Of a DNA stretch of 64,000 bases, positions 17,541-26,824 are shown one piece after another (within the stretch, counting starts at the first letter, position 1; the number at the start of each line of letters is the position of its first letter). Origin of the DNA: an uncultured Acidobacteriota bacterium (GTDB lineage Bacteria > Acidobacteriota > JAQAZP01); NCBI GenBank assembly GCA_963836075.1, contig CAWIIB010000001.1, forward strand, positions 128,001-192,000, written 5' to 3'. A program made the position numbers and the translations under genes. The notes beneath the pieces are model-generated. The model saw only the letters and a program-made list of their open reading frames with translations. It made no database searches and was not told the origin of the DNA.

Positions 17541-18579
17541 TCAGCCGAGTGTGACGAAGTAGATCGGTGTGGGGGTAAAACAGAGGGCAAAGACCAGCAG
17601 GGCCAGCAGGGCCAGCACCAGGCGCAGCGGGCCGGGCTTCAGTGAGTCGTCGAGGGTCGGTGGGTGTTTGAAGCCGATGAGGAACACGATCAGGGCCCAG
17701 ATCAGCCAGCCGTTGTAGACAAATCCCAGCAGCAGGATGAGGATGAAGACCGCTCGGGAGGCCGCTTCATAGGGCCGGCCGAAGAGCGCGTAGCCCAGGT
17801 GGCCGCCGTCCAGTTGAGAGACGGGGAAGAGGTTGAAGGCGGTGAGCAGCAGCCCGAACCAGCCGGCAAAGGCCGCCGGGTGGTAGTCGAGCACCATGCC
17901 GGTCGGGAGGGGACCGTGCAGTGCCAGCACCAGGCGGCTGAAGGCCAGCGGTTCGCCGAGGAAGACGTGCCAGTACCCCGGGGTCGGGGCGGAACAGCTG
18001 CGGCGACGAGTGCCGTATTCCAAAGATCAGCACCGGAATGGTCGCCAGAAAGCCGGCCAGCGGCCCGGCCACGGCCACGTCGAACAGCGCCTTGCGGCTG
18101 GGTATGGGACCCCGGATGCGAATGAACGCGCCGAATGTGCCCACCAGGGTCGGGGCGGGGAGGAAGTGGGGCAGGGTGGCCCGGACACCGTGACGGCGGC
18201 AGGCCAAATAGTGGCCCATCTCGTGGGCGCCCAGAATAAGCAGCAGTGGAAAGGCAAAGGAGAGGCCGTAGCCCAGAATCGAGGGGCGGCGCAGCACCTG
18301 CCGCCAGAGGTCGAGATTGAGCAGGTCCATGCTTTCGTCGCTGAGGGAGAAGAGGGAGCCCGTGTTTTCCGGCAGGTGGGACATCAGGTTGTAGCTGGCG
18401 CCGGCAAAGAGCGTGGTGATCATGGTGAGCAGAAGGAGCAGCAGGGGCACGGCCACCCTGCGGAACCAGTGTTGCCGGGCCGGAACCGCCGGACGGCGGA
18501 CAAGGGGAGTAAACCGGGGGACGGGTTCCGGGCCGCTGCCCGGCCAGCCCTGCTGACTGCTTTCCGTGACGTCGCTCAA
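17541..18579 (-). CDS. Site-2 protease (M50 family); split by a frameshift in CCCCGGGG at ~17976-17983
   Basis: ILGAHEMGH, GTFGAFIRIRGPIP...FDVAVAGPLAG in one frame; LGEPL...HPAAFAGWFGLLLTAFNLFPVSQLDGGH in the other. Removing one base joins them. Confidence 0.85.
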
Positions 18580-18756
18580 CCTTCTCCGGCCTCCCCTGCG
18601 GTCCCCCACACCTGCCGGCGAGGATTCTAGAGCCCCCGGACACCCAAGTCAAACCGCTGCCGCTGTCCGGAACAGAGGTCAGCATGGTGAAGATTGCGCA
18701 CGCCCCGCACCACGCCGGGAGCCGCTTTTTCGCGGCAGAGACGGTTCTCCGGGATA

Positions 18757-18772
18757 TGGCACGAATATTGAT
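18757..18772 (+). promoter_or_regulatory. Candidate sigma54 (-24/-12) promoter
   Basis: TGGCAC-GAATA-TTGAT, one mismatch to TGGCAC-N5-TTGCW, ~60 nt upstream of the PEGA gene. Confidence 0.45.
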
Positions 18773-18834
18773 ATACAATCAGAGAAGAGTTGTGGGAGAT
18801 CAACGGCCGGGCAGCGGGCAAGGAGGAGCGATCA

Positions 18835-19692
18835 ATGAACCGGAGCACCAGACCAACCTGGGGGAGCAGTGCGCCGCTGCTGACCCTGTTTCTGCTCGCC
18901 GCTGCCTGCTGCGCTGGAAGCGCTGGGGCGCGGGCCGGCGTGATCACCGTTGGGGTGGGCCACGATGTTGCCATGGCTGACGGTGTGGTGTATGTCTCGT
19001 CGGAGCACCCCCCCGAGGGTATTGACGCGGTTCTGGGGTACCCGGCCTGGGGCTACCGTTTCCATCCCAGCTACGCCATGGTGGATTGCGACGTCGATCC
19101 TGAGGAAGCCCTGGTCATCCTCGACGGAGAGGTGCTGGGCGAGGCCGATGACTACGATGGTTTTCCTGCCTACCTCTATATCAGGCCCGGGCGGCATGAA
19201 CTGCAATTCAAGGCCGATGGACTTCAGACACTGGTGCTCAGCGGTGCGTTCCTCTCCGGAGCGTTTATCCGCGTGGACCGGGAACTGGGGGCCGGAGGCG
19301 AACCGATGATGGTGGCCCTGGGTGAGCCGGTGGAGGTCAGCGGTGAGGAGCAGCCGCTCTACCAGCCCCCGGTGCTCCCCCCGGACGACGGTCCGGCCGG
19401 GCCGCCGGCTCCCCAAGGGGCAGCGCTACCCGAGGATCAGGCTGGCCGGGACGGTTTTCTCAAGCTCCAGGTCAGCCCGGCCGATGCGGCGGTCTATATC
19501 GATGACCGGTTCTTCGGCTCCGGGGACGAAATCTCGCGGCTTCACGGGTTTATCCGCCTGCCCCCCGGAGAGCATTCCATCCAGGTGATCCGGCCGGGAT
19601 ACCAGGCCCGGACCTTGCCGGTGAGCATGGTGCCCGGGGAGAAACAGAACCTGGATGTCTGGCTGGAACGTGAGGTGTCACCCGAGGACTGA
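18835..19692 (+). CDS. Exported protein with two PEGA domains
   Basis: Signal peptide; DVDPEEALVILDG...PGRHELQFKADG and LQVSPADAAVYIDD...PGEHSIQVIRPGY; AGGAGG RBS. Confidence 0.85.
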   Translation: MNRSTRPTWGSSAPLLTLFLLAAACCAGSAGARAGVITVGVGHDVAMADGVVYVSSEHPPEGIDAVLGYPAWGYRFHPSYAMVDCDVDPEEALVILDGEVLGEADDYDGFPAYLYIRPGRHELQFKADGLQTLVLSGAFLSGAFIRVDRELGAGGEPMMVALGEPVEVSGEEQPLYQPPVLPPDDGPAGPPAPQGAALPEDQAGRDGFLKLQVSPADAAVYIDDRFFGSGDEISRLHGFIRLPPGEHSIQVIRPGYQARTLPVSMVPGEKQNLDVWLEREVSPED

Positions 19693-19811
19693 TTGAAACC
19701 CCGACCACGCTGTGATATAACGTACAAAATTCATGGAATGAATAAGATCGGGCGAGCTCCAATGCTCGCCCGCGTGTTTGCCGGGGGGAACTCCGGCTGG
19801 GGGAGATCTTC

Positions 19812-21152
19812 ATGCGTCAGCCACCCCTGGTGGCCATTGTCGGCCGGCCGAATGTTGGAAAGTCGAGACTGTTCAACCGCTTCTGCGGCTACCGCAAAGC
19901 CCTGGTACACGATCGTCCGGGTCTGACCAGGGACCGCAAATACGGTTCCGTCCTGTGTGACGAACGCCGTTTCAATGTTGTGGACACCGGCGGGCTGCTG
20001 GGTGTGAATGAGGGGCGGATCCTGGAGAAGGGGATAGGCCAGCAGGCCTTTGCCGCCATCGACGAGGCCCAGCTGATCCTGTTCGTGGTTGATGCCCGGG
20101 CCGGACTGACCCCGCTGGACCAGGAACTGGGTACGGCTCTGCGCCAGCGCCGGAAGCCGGTGATCCTGGTGGTGAACAAGGTGGACGATCCCAATCAGGA
20201 ATCCGGGGCCGCCGAGTTCCACCAGCTCGGTTTCGACCCGGTGGTCTGCACCTCGGCCGAGCACGGCCTCGGGTTTCAGGTCCTCCACGAGGCGATATTT
20301 TCGTTCATCGCCGATCTCTGCCCTGCCGATACGGAAAGCGAGGAGGATATCCAGCTGGCCATCGTCGGCCGTCCCAATGCCGGCAAATCGACACTGGTCA
20401 ACCGGATCCTCGGAGAGGACCGTGTGCTGGTCAGTTCCATCCCCGGCACCACGCGGGACTCGGTGGACGTGACCATGTCTTTCCGTGGCCGGCAGGTCAC
20501 GCTGGTGGATACGGCCGGCATACGGAAGAAGGCGCGGGTCAGCGGGGCCGAGGAAAAACTGAGTGTGAGCATGGCCATCAAGCAGATCGAGCGGTCTGCC
20601 GTGGTCATCCTGCTCCTCGACGCCACGGCCGGCATCGGGGCCCAGGATGCCGCCATCGCCGGTCACGTGGCCAAGTCGGGCCGGGGCGTAATCGTGGCGG
20701 TGAACAAGTGGGACCTGATGGACGATCGCAGCCACCAGGGGGCTCTGGAGCTGGTTCGCCAGATGAAGATGCGCCTGCGTTTTCTGGAGTACGCCCAGGT
20801 GATCCTGGTCTCGGCGCTGGAGGGGACCAGGGTGGTGAAACTGCTGGACCAGGCCCTGGCCATCGAGGAACGGTGGCGGGCCAGGGTGTCCACCAGCCGG
20901 CTGAACAGCCTGCTGGAGCAGTGGGTGGGGGAGACGCCGCCGCCGCGGCACAAGGGGCGGGCAGTGAAGATTTACTATGGGACCCAGGTCGCTTCGCGGC
21001 CACCGGTGTTCAAGCTCTTTGTCAATAGCGGGGCAAAGCTCTACTTTTCGTATGAGCGGTTCCTGGTGAACAGGATCAGGGAGGCGTTCGATTTCGAGGG
21101 GGTACCGATCAGGCTGGTGACGGCAGAGCGGAAACAGCGGCGCGCCAGGTAG
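19812..21152 (+). CDS. der: Ribosome biogenesis GTPase Der (EngA)
   Basis: Two G domains (GRPNVGKS/DTGG/NKVD and GRPNAGKS/DTAG/NKWD) plus a KH-like C-terminus. Confidence 0.97.
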   Translation: MRQPPLVAIVGRPNVGKSRLFNRFCGYRKALVHDRPGLTRDRKYGSVLCDERRFNVVDTGGLLGVNEGRILEKGIGQQAFAAIDEAQLILFVVDARAGLTPLDQELGTALRQRRKPVILVVNKVDDPNQESGAAEFHQLGFDPVVCTSAEHGLGFQVLHEAIFSFIADLCPADTESEEDIQLAIVGRPNAGKSTLVNRILGEDRVLVSSIPGTTRDSVDVTMSFRGRQVTLVDTAGIRKKARVSGAEEKLSVSMAIKQIERSAVVILLLDATAGIGAQDAAIAGHVAKSGRGVIVAVNKWDLMDDRSHQGALELVRQMKMRLRFLEYAQVILVSALEGTRVVKLLDQALAIEERWRARVSTSRLNSLLEQWVGETPPPRHKGRAVKIYYGTQVASRPPVFKLFVNSGAKLYFSYERFLVNRIREAFDFEGVPIRLVTAERKQRRAR

Positions 21153-21216
21153 CAGGAGCGCGCTCCGGCTTTGAATCGGCAGCAACAGTGCGCCGGGACC
21201 TGGAGAGGCGGAACAG

Positions 21217-22548
21217 ATGGTATTGTTCAACTACACGACGAAAGAGATCACGGCCAAGATCGTCTACTACGGTCCGGGGTTGGGGGGCAAGACCACCAAC
21301 CTGCAGTCGATCTACGAAGATCTTCCCCCGGAGATGAAGGGGAAGATGCTGTCACTGGCCACCAAGAGTGACCGGACCCTCTTCTTCGACTTTCTCCCCA
21401 TCGATCTGGGGAGCATCGGAGGGATGAAGGTCCGGGTGCAGCTCTACACGGTTCCCGGGCAGGTCTACTACAACTCCACCCGGAAACTGGTACTCAAGGG
21501 TGCTGACGGGGTGGTCTTTGTGGCTGATTCGCAAAAGGCGATGGCCGAGGCCAACAAGGAGAGTCTGGACAACCTCTACCAGAACCTGGCCGAGCAGAAT
21601 GTGAAGCTCAATGACATCTGTCTCGCCCTGCAATACAACAAACGGGACCTGGGCAGCGTATTGCCGGTGGAGGAGATGGGACAGCAGTTGAACCGTGGCG
21701 GCTGGCCGGTGTTCGAGGCGGTGGCCACCCAGGGCATCGGTGTCCAGGAAACCCTGCGGGAGATGCTGAAACTGGTGGTGCTCTCGCTGAAGGAAAAATA
21801 CGATTTCAGTGTGGCGGATTCGGCCCTGCTGGAGGAACTGGACCAGGCCGGCCAGGCGCTCAAGGGCAGCACCGCCTCCACTGATGAGCCGCAGCCAGCC
21901 GTGGAGGAGACACCGGCTGTGGAATCAGCCATCACCGCCCCGCTGGCGGTGCCGCAGGCCGGCGCCGAACCGGATGGCTCGGATCATCAACCGGCCCACT
22001 CGCTCTCAGCTGATCAGCACCTTTCCGATGGGGAGGATTCCGTGGCCGGGGACAACATGCTGGAGCTTGGCGGTCCCTCCGGTATTTTTTCCGACAGCGT
22101 GGTTCCGGAGCTCGATTTATTCGAGCTGGACGACGAGTTCCTCGACACCGGGGACGACGAGCCCGGTGCTTTCAGAGGTGCCGTGGAGGATCCCTTTGGC
22201 GACGAGTCGGTGCTGGTGATCGACGAGGAGGCCCCTGACGCAGAGTTCACGGACGGCGGATCCGGGGCCGCCGCCGCCGTGGCACAGGCCAAGGCCGCGG
22301 CGGCCGGCAAGACGGCGGTGGTGACGGCCGAAGCTGAAGATCCCTTCGACCTGCTGGAACCGGCTGAGTCACCGGAGCCCGCGACGGCCGATCAGACGGT
22401 GAGCCGTGCCGATCCGCTGGTGCTGGAACTGACCGTTCCCCAAGGGGCTGAAGAGGGAGAGGTTACGGTGCCGCTGACCATCCGGCTGAATCACATGGGG
22501 CAGCCTCTGGAACTCCAGCTCTCGCTCTCCCTGCGCCTGAAAGGGTGA
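21217..22548 (+). CDS. mglA: MglA-family small Ras-like GTPase with long acidic C-terminal extension
   Basis: EITAKIVYYGPGLGGKTTNL, DRTLFFDFLP, QLYTVPGQV.YNSTRKLVLKGADGVVFVADSQ and QYNKRDL motifs. Confidence 0.88.
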   Translation: MVLFNYTTKEITAKIVYYGPGLGGKTTNLQSIYEDLPPEMKGKMLSLATKSDRTLFFDFLPIDLGSIGGMKVRVQLYTVPGQVYYNSTRKLVLKGADGVVFVADSQKAMAEANKESLDNLYQNLAEQNVKLNDICLALQYNKRDLGSVLPVEEMGQQLNRGGWPVFEAVATQGIGVQETLREMLKLVVLSLKEKYDFSVADSALLEELDQAGQALKGSTASTDEPQPAVEETPAVESAITAPLAVPQAGAEPDGSDHQPAHSLSADQHLSDGEDSVAGDNMLELGGPSGIFSDSVVPELDLFELDDEFLDTGDDEPGAFRGAVEDPFGDESVLVIDEEAPDAEFTDGGSGAAAAVAQAKAAAAGKTAVVTAEAEDPFDLLEPAESPEPATADQTVSRADPLVLELTVPQGAEEGEVTVPLTIRLNHMGQPLELQLSLSLRLKG

Positions 22549-22571
22549 AACCCGTCCTGAATTCGGAGAGA

Positions 22572-22606
22572 GGAAGCCGCGGTGTCCGGGTGCCGCGGCT
22601 TTTCCC
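22572..22606 (+). terminator. Hairpin terminator
   Basis: AAGCCGCGG/CCGCGGCTT followed by TCCCTGT. Confidence 0.55.
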
Positions 22607-22633
22607 TGTACTGCCCGCGCGTTGCGGCGGCGA

Positions 22634-22705
22634 TTGACAGGGCGGAGCGCAAAAAGGTACCATCAAAACGATTAACGATCAACATTCCGTGACCTGAGGT
22701 CAGGT
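22634..22705 (+). promoter_or_regulatory. Sigma70 promoter plus downstream dyad (candidate operator)
   Basis: TTGACA-N18-TACCAT; overlapping palindromes TGACCT-G-AGGTCA (22690-22702) and ACCTGA-GG-TCAGGT (22692-22705). Confidence 0.55.
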
Positions 22706-22742
22706 TGCCGGCGGGCGGGGAGAGCCGTGCCGCCCCCGGTCC

Positions 22743-23450
22743 TTGCCGGAAGAGATCCAAGTGGAACCAGACTCCATGCTGCCGTTCGAGGACGAGAATG
22801 CCGTGAAGGAACCGGACCTTCCCCTGCCCGATGGGAAGATGAGCTTCACGCCTGAAGAGCTCTATCGATACACCAGGATCAAGCCGTTTGTGCTCCGGTT
22901 CTGGGAGTCTGAATTTCCATCACTCAAACCACAGCAGACGGGATCCGAGGGGCCGGCATACAGCCGTGCGGACGTGGAGATGATTCTGGTGATCAAGAAC
23001 CTGCTCTATGTAGAGGGGCTGACCCTTGTCGGGGCGCGTTGCCGGATCTCCGGGGAAGAGGAAGCGCCGCCGGCGAAGAAGGAGCACAAGGCCGCCAGAA
23101 AGAAAACGAAGACCCCGAAAAAATCGCCACCATCCGGTTCCTCCCCATCCGGGGCGGCGGTTGGGGCAGCCAAGGGCCCGGTCAAGCGCGGCCTGCCCGC
23201 GGATGGGGCGTCCCGCTCGCGGGTCTCCCTCGAGGAACTGCTGCCGGGCAACGCCGCTTCGGCTGGAGCGCCCGCCGCTGGCCCGCCGGGAAAAGGGAAG
23301 AAAGCGCCCGCCAAAAAGGAGGTTGCTCCGGCAACCGGTTCGCCGGCGGTGGACGCCGATACCGCGGCCCCGGCACTGCGCCGCAAGCTGTCCGCCGTGC
23401 TTCAGGAATTGCGCGAGATGTTGACTTTCCTCCACAAGGGTGATAGATAA
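22743..23450 (+). CDS. MerR-family HTH protein with Lys/Ala/Pro-rich tail
   Basis: IKPFVLRFWESEFPSLKP...YSRADVEMILVIKNLLYVEGLTLVGAR matches the MerR subfamily usually found before tRNA-Pro. Start codon uncertain. Confidence 0.85.
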   Translation: MPEEIQVEPDSMLPFEDENAVKEPDLPLPDGKMSFTPEELYRYTRIKPFVLRFWESEFPSLKPQQTGSEGPAYSRADVEMILVIKNLLYVEGLTLVGARCRISGEEEAPPAKKEHKAARKKTKTPKKSPPSGSSPSGAAVGAAKGPVKRGLPADGASRSRVSLEELLPGNAASAGAPAAGPPGKGKKAPAKKEVAPATGSPAVDADTAAPALRRKLSAVLQELREMLTFLHKGDR

Positions 23451-23475
23451 TCTTCTTCTGTTGGCTGATCCATGT

Positions 23476-23552
23476 CGGGACGTAGCGCAGCCTGGTAGCG
23501 CACCGGTCTGGGGGACCGGTGGTCGGAGGTTCAAATCCTCTCGTCCCGACCA
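23476..23552 (+). tRNA. tRNA-Pro(GGG)
   Basis: Cloverleaf CGGGACG...CGTCCCG-ACCA; anticodon arm CCGGT-CTGGGGG-ACCGG; GGTTCAAATCC T arm. Confidence 0.97.
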
Positions 23553-23588
23553 TTTTTTCTGCCATCACGGAAGCCGCAGCAGTGAACG

Positions 23589-23620
23589 ACTAGCGCCCTC
23601 AGGGCCGCTAGTTTTTTTTT
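23589..23620 (+). terminator. Intrinsic terminator after tRNA-Pro
   Basis: ACTAGCGCCCT-C-AGGGCCGCTAGT followed by a long T run. Confidence 0.8.
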
Positions 23621-23630
23621 GAGCGTTGCC

Positions 23631-24410
23631 TTGAATATTCTACTGACCAATGATGATGGTATTCTGGCCGAAGGCCTGCAGGTCCTGCGTCAGACCCTGC
23701 TGCAGCGCGGGCACCAGGTTGAGGTGGCGGCCCCGGACCGCGAGCGCAGCGCCGCCAGCCAGTCGCTGACCATCACCCGCCCGCTGCGGGTCAGGACCCT
23801 GGAACCCGGGATCCATTCCATCGACGGGACTCCTGCCGACTGCGTCCACCTGGGCGTGCTCAACCTGGTGACGGTTCGTCCCGACCTGGTCATTTCGGGG
23901 ATCAACTGGGGGCTGAACGTGGGGGACAACATCTTCTATTCCGGCACCGTGGCTGCTGCCGCTGAAGCGCTGCACCTCGGTCTGCCGGCGCTGGCCATTT
24001 CCCGCCAGCGGTGGGAAGAGGGTGACATCCACCTCTCCGGCGCCGCCGACTACACCGCCAGTCTTGCCGAGTGGTGGTGCCGGCAGTCGCCCTGGCGGGA
24101 GAGCTGCCTGCTCAACGTCAACTTCCCCCTCGGCCCCTGCGGCCGCGCCCGGTTTACGGTCCAGGGGAAACGGACCTCGCACACCCCGGCACAATCGGAT
24201 ACCGACCCCATGGGCCGTTCCTACTACTGGGCCTGGTCCAACGACGATGGGCTGCTCCCCGACCCCGGCGCCGATTTCCAGTCCGTGGCCGAGGGGCTGG
24301 TATCCTTGACTCCGCTGGCCATCGAACGCACCCATCTCGACGCCCTGCAGGCCCTCCGCCGATCACCGCTGCCCGATGCGCCAGCGGGGGAGGGTCCCGA
24401 TGCTCAGTGA
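23631..24410 (+). CDS. surE: 5'/3'-nucleotidase SurE
   Basis: ILLTNDDG, GTPADCV, SGINWGLNVG and YSGTVAAA motifs; TTG start. Confidence 0.96.
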   Translation: MNILLTNDDGILAEGLQVLRQTLLQRGHQVEVAAPDRERSAASQSLTITRPLRVRTLEPGIHSIDGTPADCVHLGVLNLVTVRPDLVISGINWGLNVGDNIFYSGTVAAAAEALHLGLPALAISRQRWEEGDIHLSGAADYTASLAEWWCRQSPWRESCLLNVNFPLGPCGRARFTVQGKRTSHTPAQSDTDPMGRSYYWAWSNDDGLLPDPGADFQSVAEGLVSLTPLAIERTHLDALQALRRSPLPDAPAGEGPDAQ

Positions 24411-25059
24411 GAGCCGGACGGATTTCATCAACCGGCGCACCTCCATGGTCCGTAAATATCTGCTGGGGCGTGACATCCGCGACCAGCGGGTGCTGGACGC
24501 CTTTCTCAAGGTGCCGCGGCACCGCTTTCTTGACCGGGCAATGTGGAAGGAGGCCTACGGCGACCACCCGCTGCCCATCGGGAACCAGCAGACCATCTCC
24601 CAGCCCTACATCGTGGCCAAGATGCTGCAGGAACTGGCGCTTCTCCCGGAGCACAAGGTCCTGGAAATCGGCGCCGGTTCGGGATACCAGACGGCCCTGC
24701 TGGCCATGCTGGTGCGCCAGGTCTATGCCATCGAACGGATCGCCGACCTGGCCCGTGGCGCCCAGGCGGCACTGTCCCACCTGGGGGTGCTCAACGCCAC
24801 GGTGAAGGTGTTCGACGGAACCTACGGCTGGTCGGAGATGGCGCCATTCGACAGGATCATCGTCTCCGCTGCGGCGCCCCGGGTTCCGGAACCGTTGACC
24901 ACCCAGCTGGCGCCGGGAGGCCGGTTGCTGGTCCCGGTGGGCGATGCCTGTTCCCAAACCCTGAAACTGGTAACCCGCACCGCCGCCGGCGCGCTGGTGG
25001 AGACCGATCTTGACGGTTGTGTCTTCGTCAAGCTGGTGGGCCGCTACGGTTGGAAATGA
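24400..25059 (+). CDS. pcm: Protein-L-isoaspartate O-methyltransferase
   Basis: VPRHRF, LPIGNQQTISQPY, VLEIGAGSGYQ and APFDRIIVSAAA motifs. Confidence 0.96.
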   Translation: MLSESRTDFINRRTSMVRKYLLGRDIRDQRVLDAFLKVPRHRFLDRAMWKEAYGDHPLPIGNQQTISQPYIVAKMLQELALLPEHKVLEIGAGSGYQTALLAMLVRQVYAIERIADLARGAQAALSHLGVLNATVKVFDGTYGWSEMAPFDRIIVSAAAPRVPEPLTTQLAPGGRLLVPVGDACSQTLKLVTRTAAGALVETDLDGCVFVKLVGRYGWK

Positions 25060-25090
25060 GCGGAAGGGGACCGGAGGAAAGGACGCGATA

Positions 25091-26077
25091 TTGAGCTATG
25101 TCATTCAGCTGGTAAAGGGATTTCTCATTGGGATCGCCAATATCATCCCCGGAGTGAGCGGAGGCACCTTCGCATTGATTCTGGGGATCTTTGACCGGCT
25201 GGTCCAGGCGATCAAGTCTTTCGATCTGGCGTTTATCCGCAATCTGTCCGGAGCGCTGATCCGGCCCTTCGACACCCGGTCGCGGCAGACTATCGCGGCC
25301 GAGTGGAAACGAACGGATGCAACCTTCCTGATCTTCATCGGGCTCGGGGCGATGGCGGCCCTGGTCTCATGCGCCTGGATCTTTGACTACCTGCTGCGCG
25401 AGCATCCAGGGGTAACCCTTGCCTTCTTCATTGGTCTGATTATTCCTTCCATTGCCGTACCATACAAGATGATGAAACGCCGCGGTCCCGCGCAGTTGTT
25501 CTGGATCATCCCCGGAGCGGTGCTCACCGTCTGGATCTCCCTTCTGGAGATAGGCGTCGATTCGGGCGAACCGGGCTTCGTCATTGTGGTTCTGGGGGGC
25601 ATGATGGCCATATCGGCGATGATTCTCCCGGGAGTTTCCGGATCGTTCTGCCTCCTGATCCTTGGTCTCTACCAGCCCACGCTTTCGCACATCAAAACGA
25701 TGACCCTCAACCCGGGGATGGAATCGATGATCTTTCTCGGCACCCTGGGGCTGGGCATTGTCATCGGGCTTGTGCTCTTCTCCAGGATCATGTCGTTCCT
25801 GCTCACACGGTATCGCTCCGCCACCCTGGCTTTTCTTATCGGTCTCATCATCGGTTCGTTCTGGATCCTCTGGCCGATCAAAGATTTCGGGGCCGGAACG
25901 GTGGTCACCGATTCGAAGGGGGAGGAGAAGAAGGAGATTGCCATCGCCACGGCTCCGAACAGGCTTCCCGGAGGCGAGGCCGGTGACTTCCTGCTCTGCG
26001 GAAAATGCGGCCTGGCGCTGCTCATCGGGCTCGGTGGCGCTTCCGGAGTAAGCCGCCTGGGAAAAATGAAGAGCTGA
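25091..26077 (+). CDS. DUF368 membrane protein (undecaprenyl-phosphate translocase family)
   Basis: Internal repeat motifs GIANIIPGVSGGTFALILGI and AMILPGVSGSFCLLILGLY. Confidence 0.9.
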   Translation: MSYVIQLVKGFLIGIANIIPGVSGGTFALILGIFDRLVQAIKSFDLAFIRNLSGALIRPFDTRSRQTIAAEWKRTDATFLIFIGLGAMAALVSCAWIFDYLLREHPGVTLAFFIGLIIPSIAVPYKMMKRRGPAQLFWIIPGAVLTVWISLLEIGVDSGEPGFVIVVLGGMMAISAMILPGVSGSFCLLILGLYQPTLSHIKTMTLNPGMESMIFLGTLGLGIVIGLVLFSRIMSFLLTRYRSATLAFLIGLIIGSFWILWPIKDFGAGTVVTDSKGEEKKEIAIATAPNRLPGGEAGDFLLCGKCGLALLIGLGGASGVSRLGKMKS

Positions 26078-26170
26078 TATACTTTCACTACCGATTGTGG
26101 TATGGTTTCGCGCTGAAACGGACTTGGACGCTGAGTGGTCCCGGTCGTTGCGCCATAGGGATAATAAAAT

Positions 26171-26247
26171 CGGGACGTAGCGCAGTCTGGTAGCGCACCT
26201 GCTTCGGGAGCAGGGGGTCGGAGGTTCAAATCCTCTCGTCCCGACCA
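26171..26247 (+). tRNA. tRNA-Pro(CGG)
   Basis: Cloverleaf; anticodon arm CCTGC-TTCGGGA-GCAGG; CCA end. Confidence 0.97.
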
Positions 26248-26291
26248 CTTTCCCCCTCACCTCAGCTTACCGCATGCAGGAGCCGGTGCCG

Positions 26292-26807
26292 ATGATCGAC
26301 CTCAAGACCAAGATTCGCGACATCCCCGATTTCCCCAAGCCCGGCATCATCTTCAAGGACATCACGCCGTTGCTGGGTGATCCCCGGGCTTTCCAGCAGG
26401 TGATCAACACCCTGGCCGAACGCTACCGTGAACAGCGGGTGGGGGCGGTGATGGGGACCGAATCCCGTGGGTTTATTTTTGGCGCCCCGCTGGCCCTCCA
26501 GCTTTCCGTACCCTTCGTGCCGGTGCGCAAGCCGGGGAAACTTCCCCACAATACCCTGGCCGAATCGTACAAGCTGGAATACGGCACCGATAGCCTCGAG
26601 GTGCACGTGGACGCAGTGAAGCCGGGAACGCCGGTGGTGGTGGTGGACGATCTGCTGGCCACCGGGGGAACCGCCGAAGCCACGGTGAAACTGGCCCGCA
26701 AACTGGGGGCCGAAGTCATCGAGGCGGCCTTTGTCATCGAACTGGAATTTCTCTCCGGGCGTGACAAGCTGGGGAACGTGGACGTCTTCAGCCTCATCCG
26801 CTACTGA
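26292..26807 (+). CDS. apt: Adenine phosphoribosyltransferase
   Basis: [33 protein letters not shown] and [11 protein letters not shown] motifs. Confidence 0.97.
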   Translation: MIDLKTKIRDIPDFPKPGIIFKDITPLLGDPRAFQQVINTLAERYREQRVGAVMGTESRGFIFGAPLALQLSVPFVPVRKPGKLPHNTLAESYKLEYGTDSLEVHVDAVKPGTPVVVVDDLLATGGTAEATVKLARKLGAEVIEAAFVIELEFLSGRDKLGNVDVFSLIRY

Positions 26808-26824
26808 CCGCGCCGTCCTACCGC

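Noticed and set aside
15005-18579. Programmed ribosomal frameshifting in the CsgG-like and S2P genes
   Set aside because: No canonical slippery heptamer with a stimulatory structure was seen. Several unrelated genes in the window show similar single indels, which points to sequencing error.
23476-26247. Two tRNA-Pro copies as attL/attR of an integrated element
   Set aside because: Both are full-length with different anticodons, the cargo is housekeeping, and there is no integrase.
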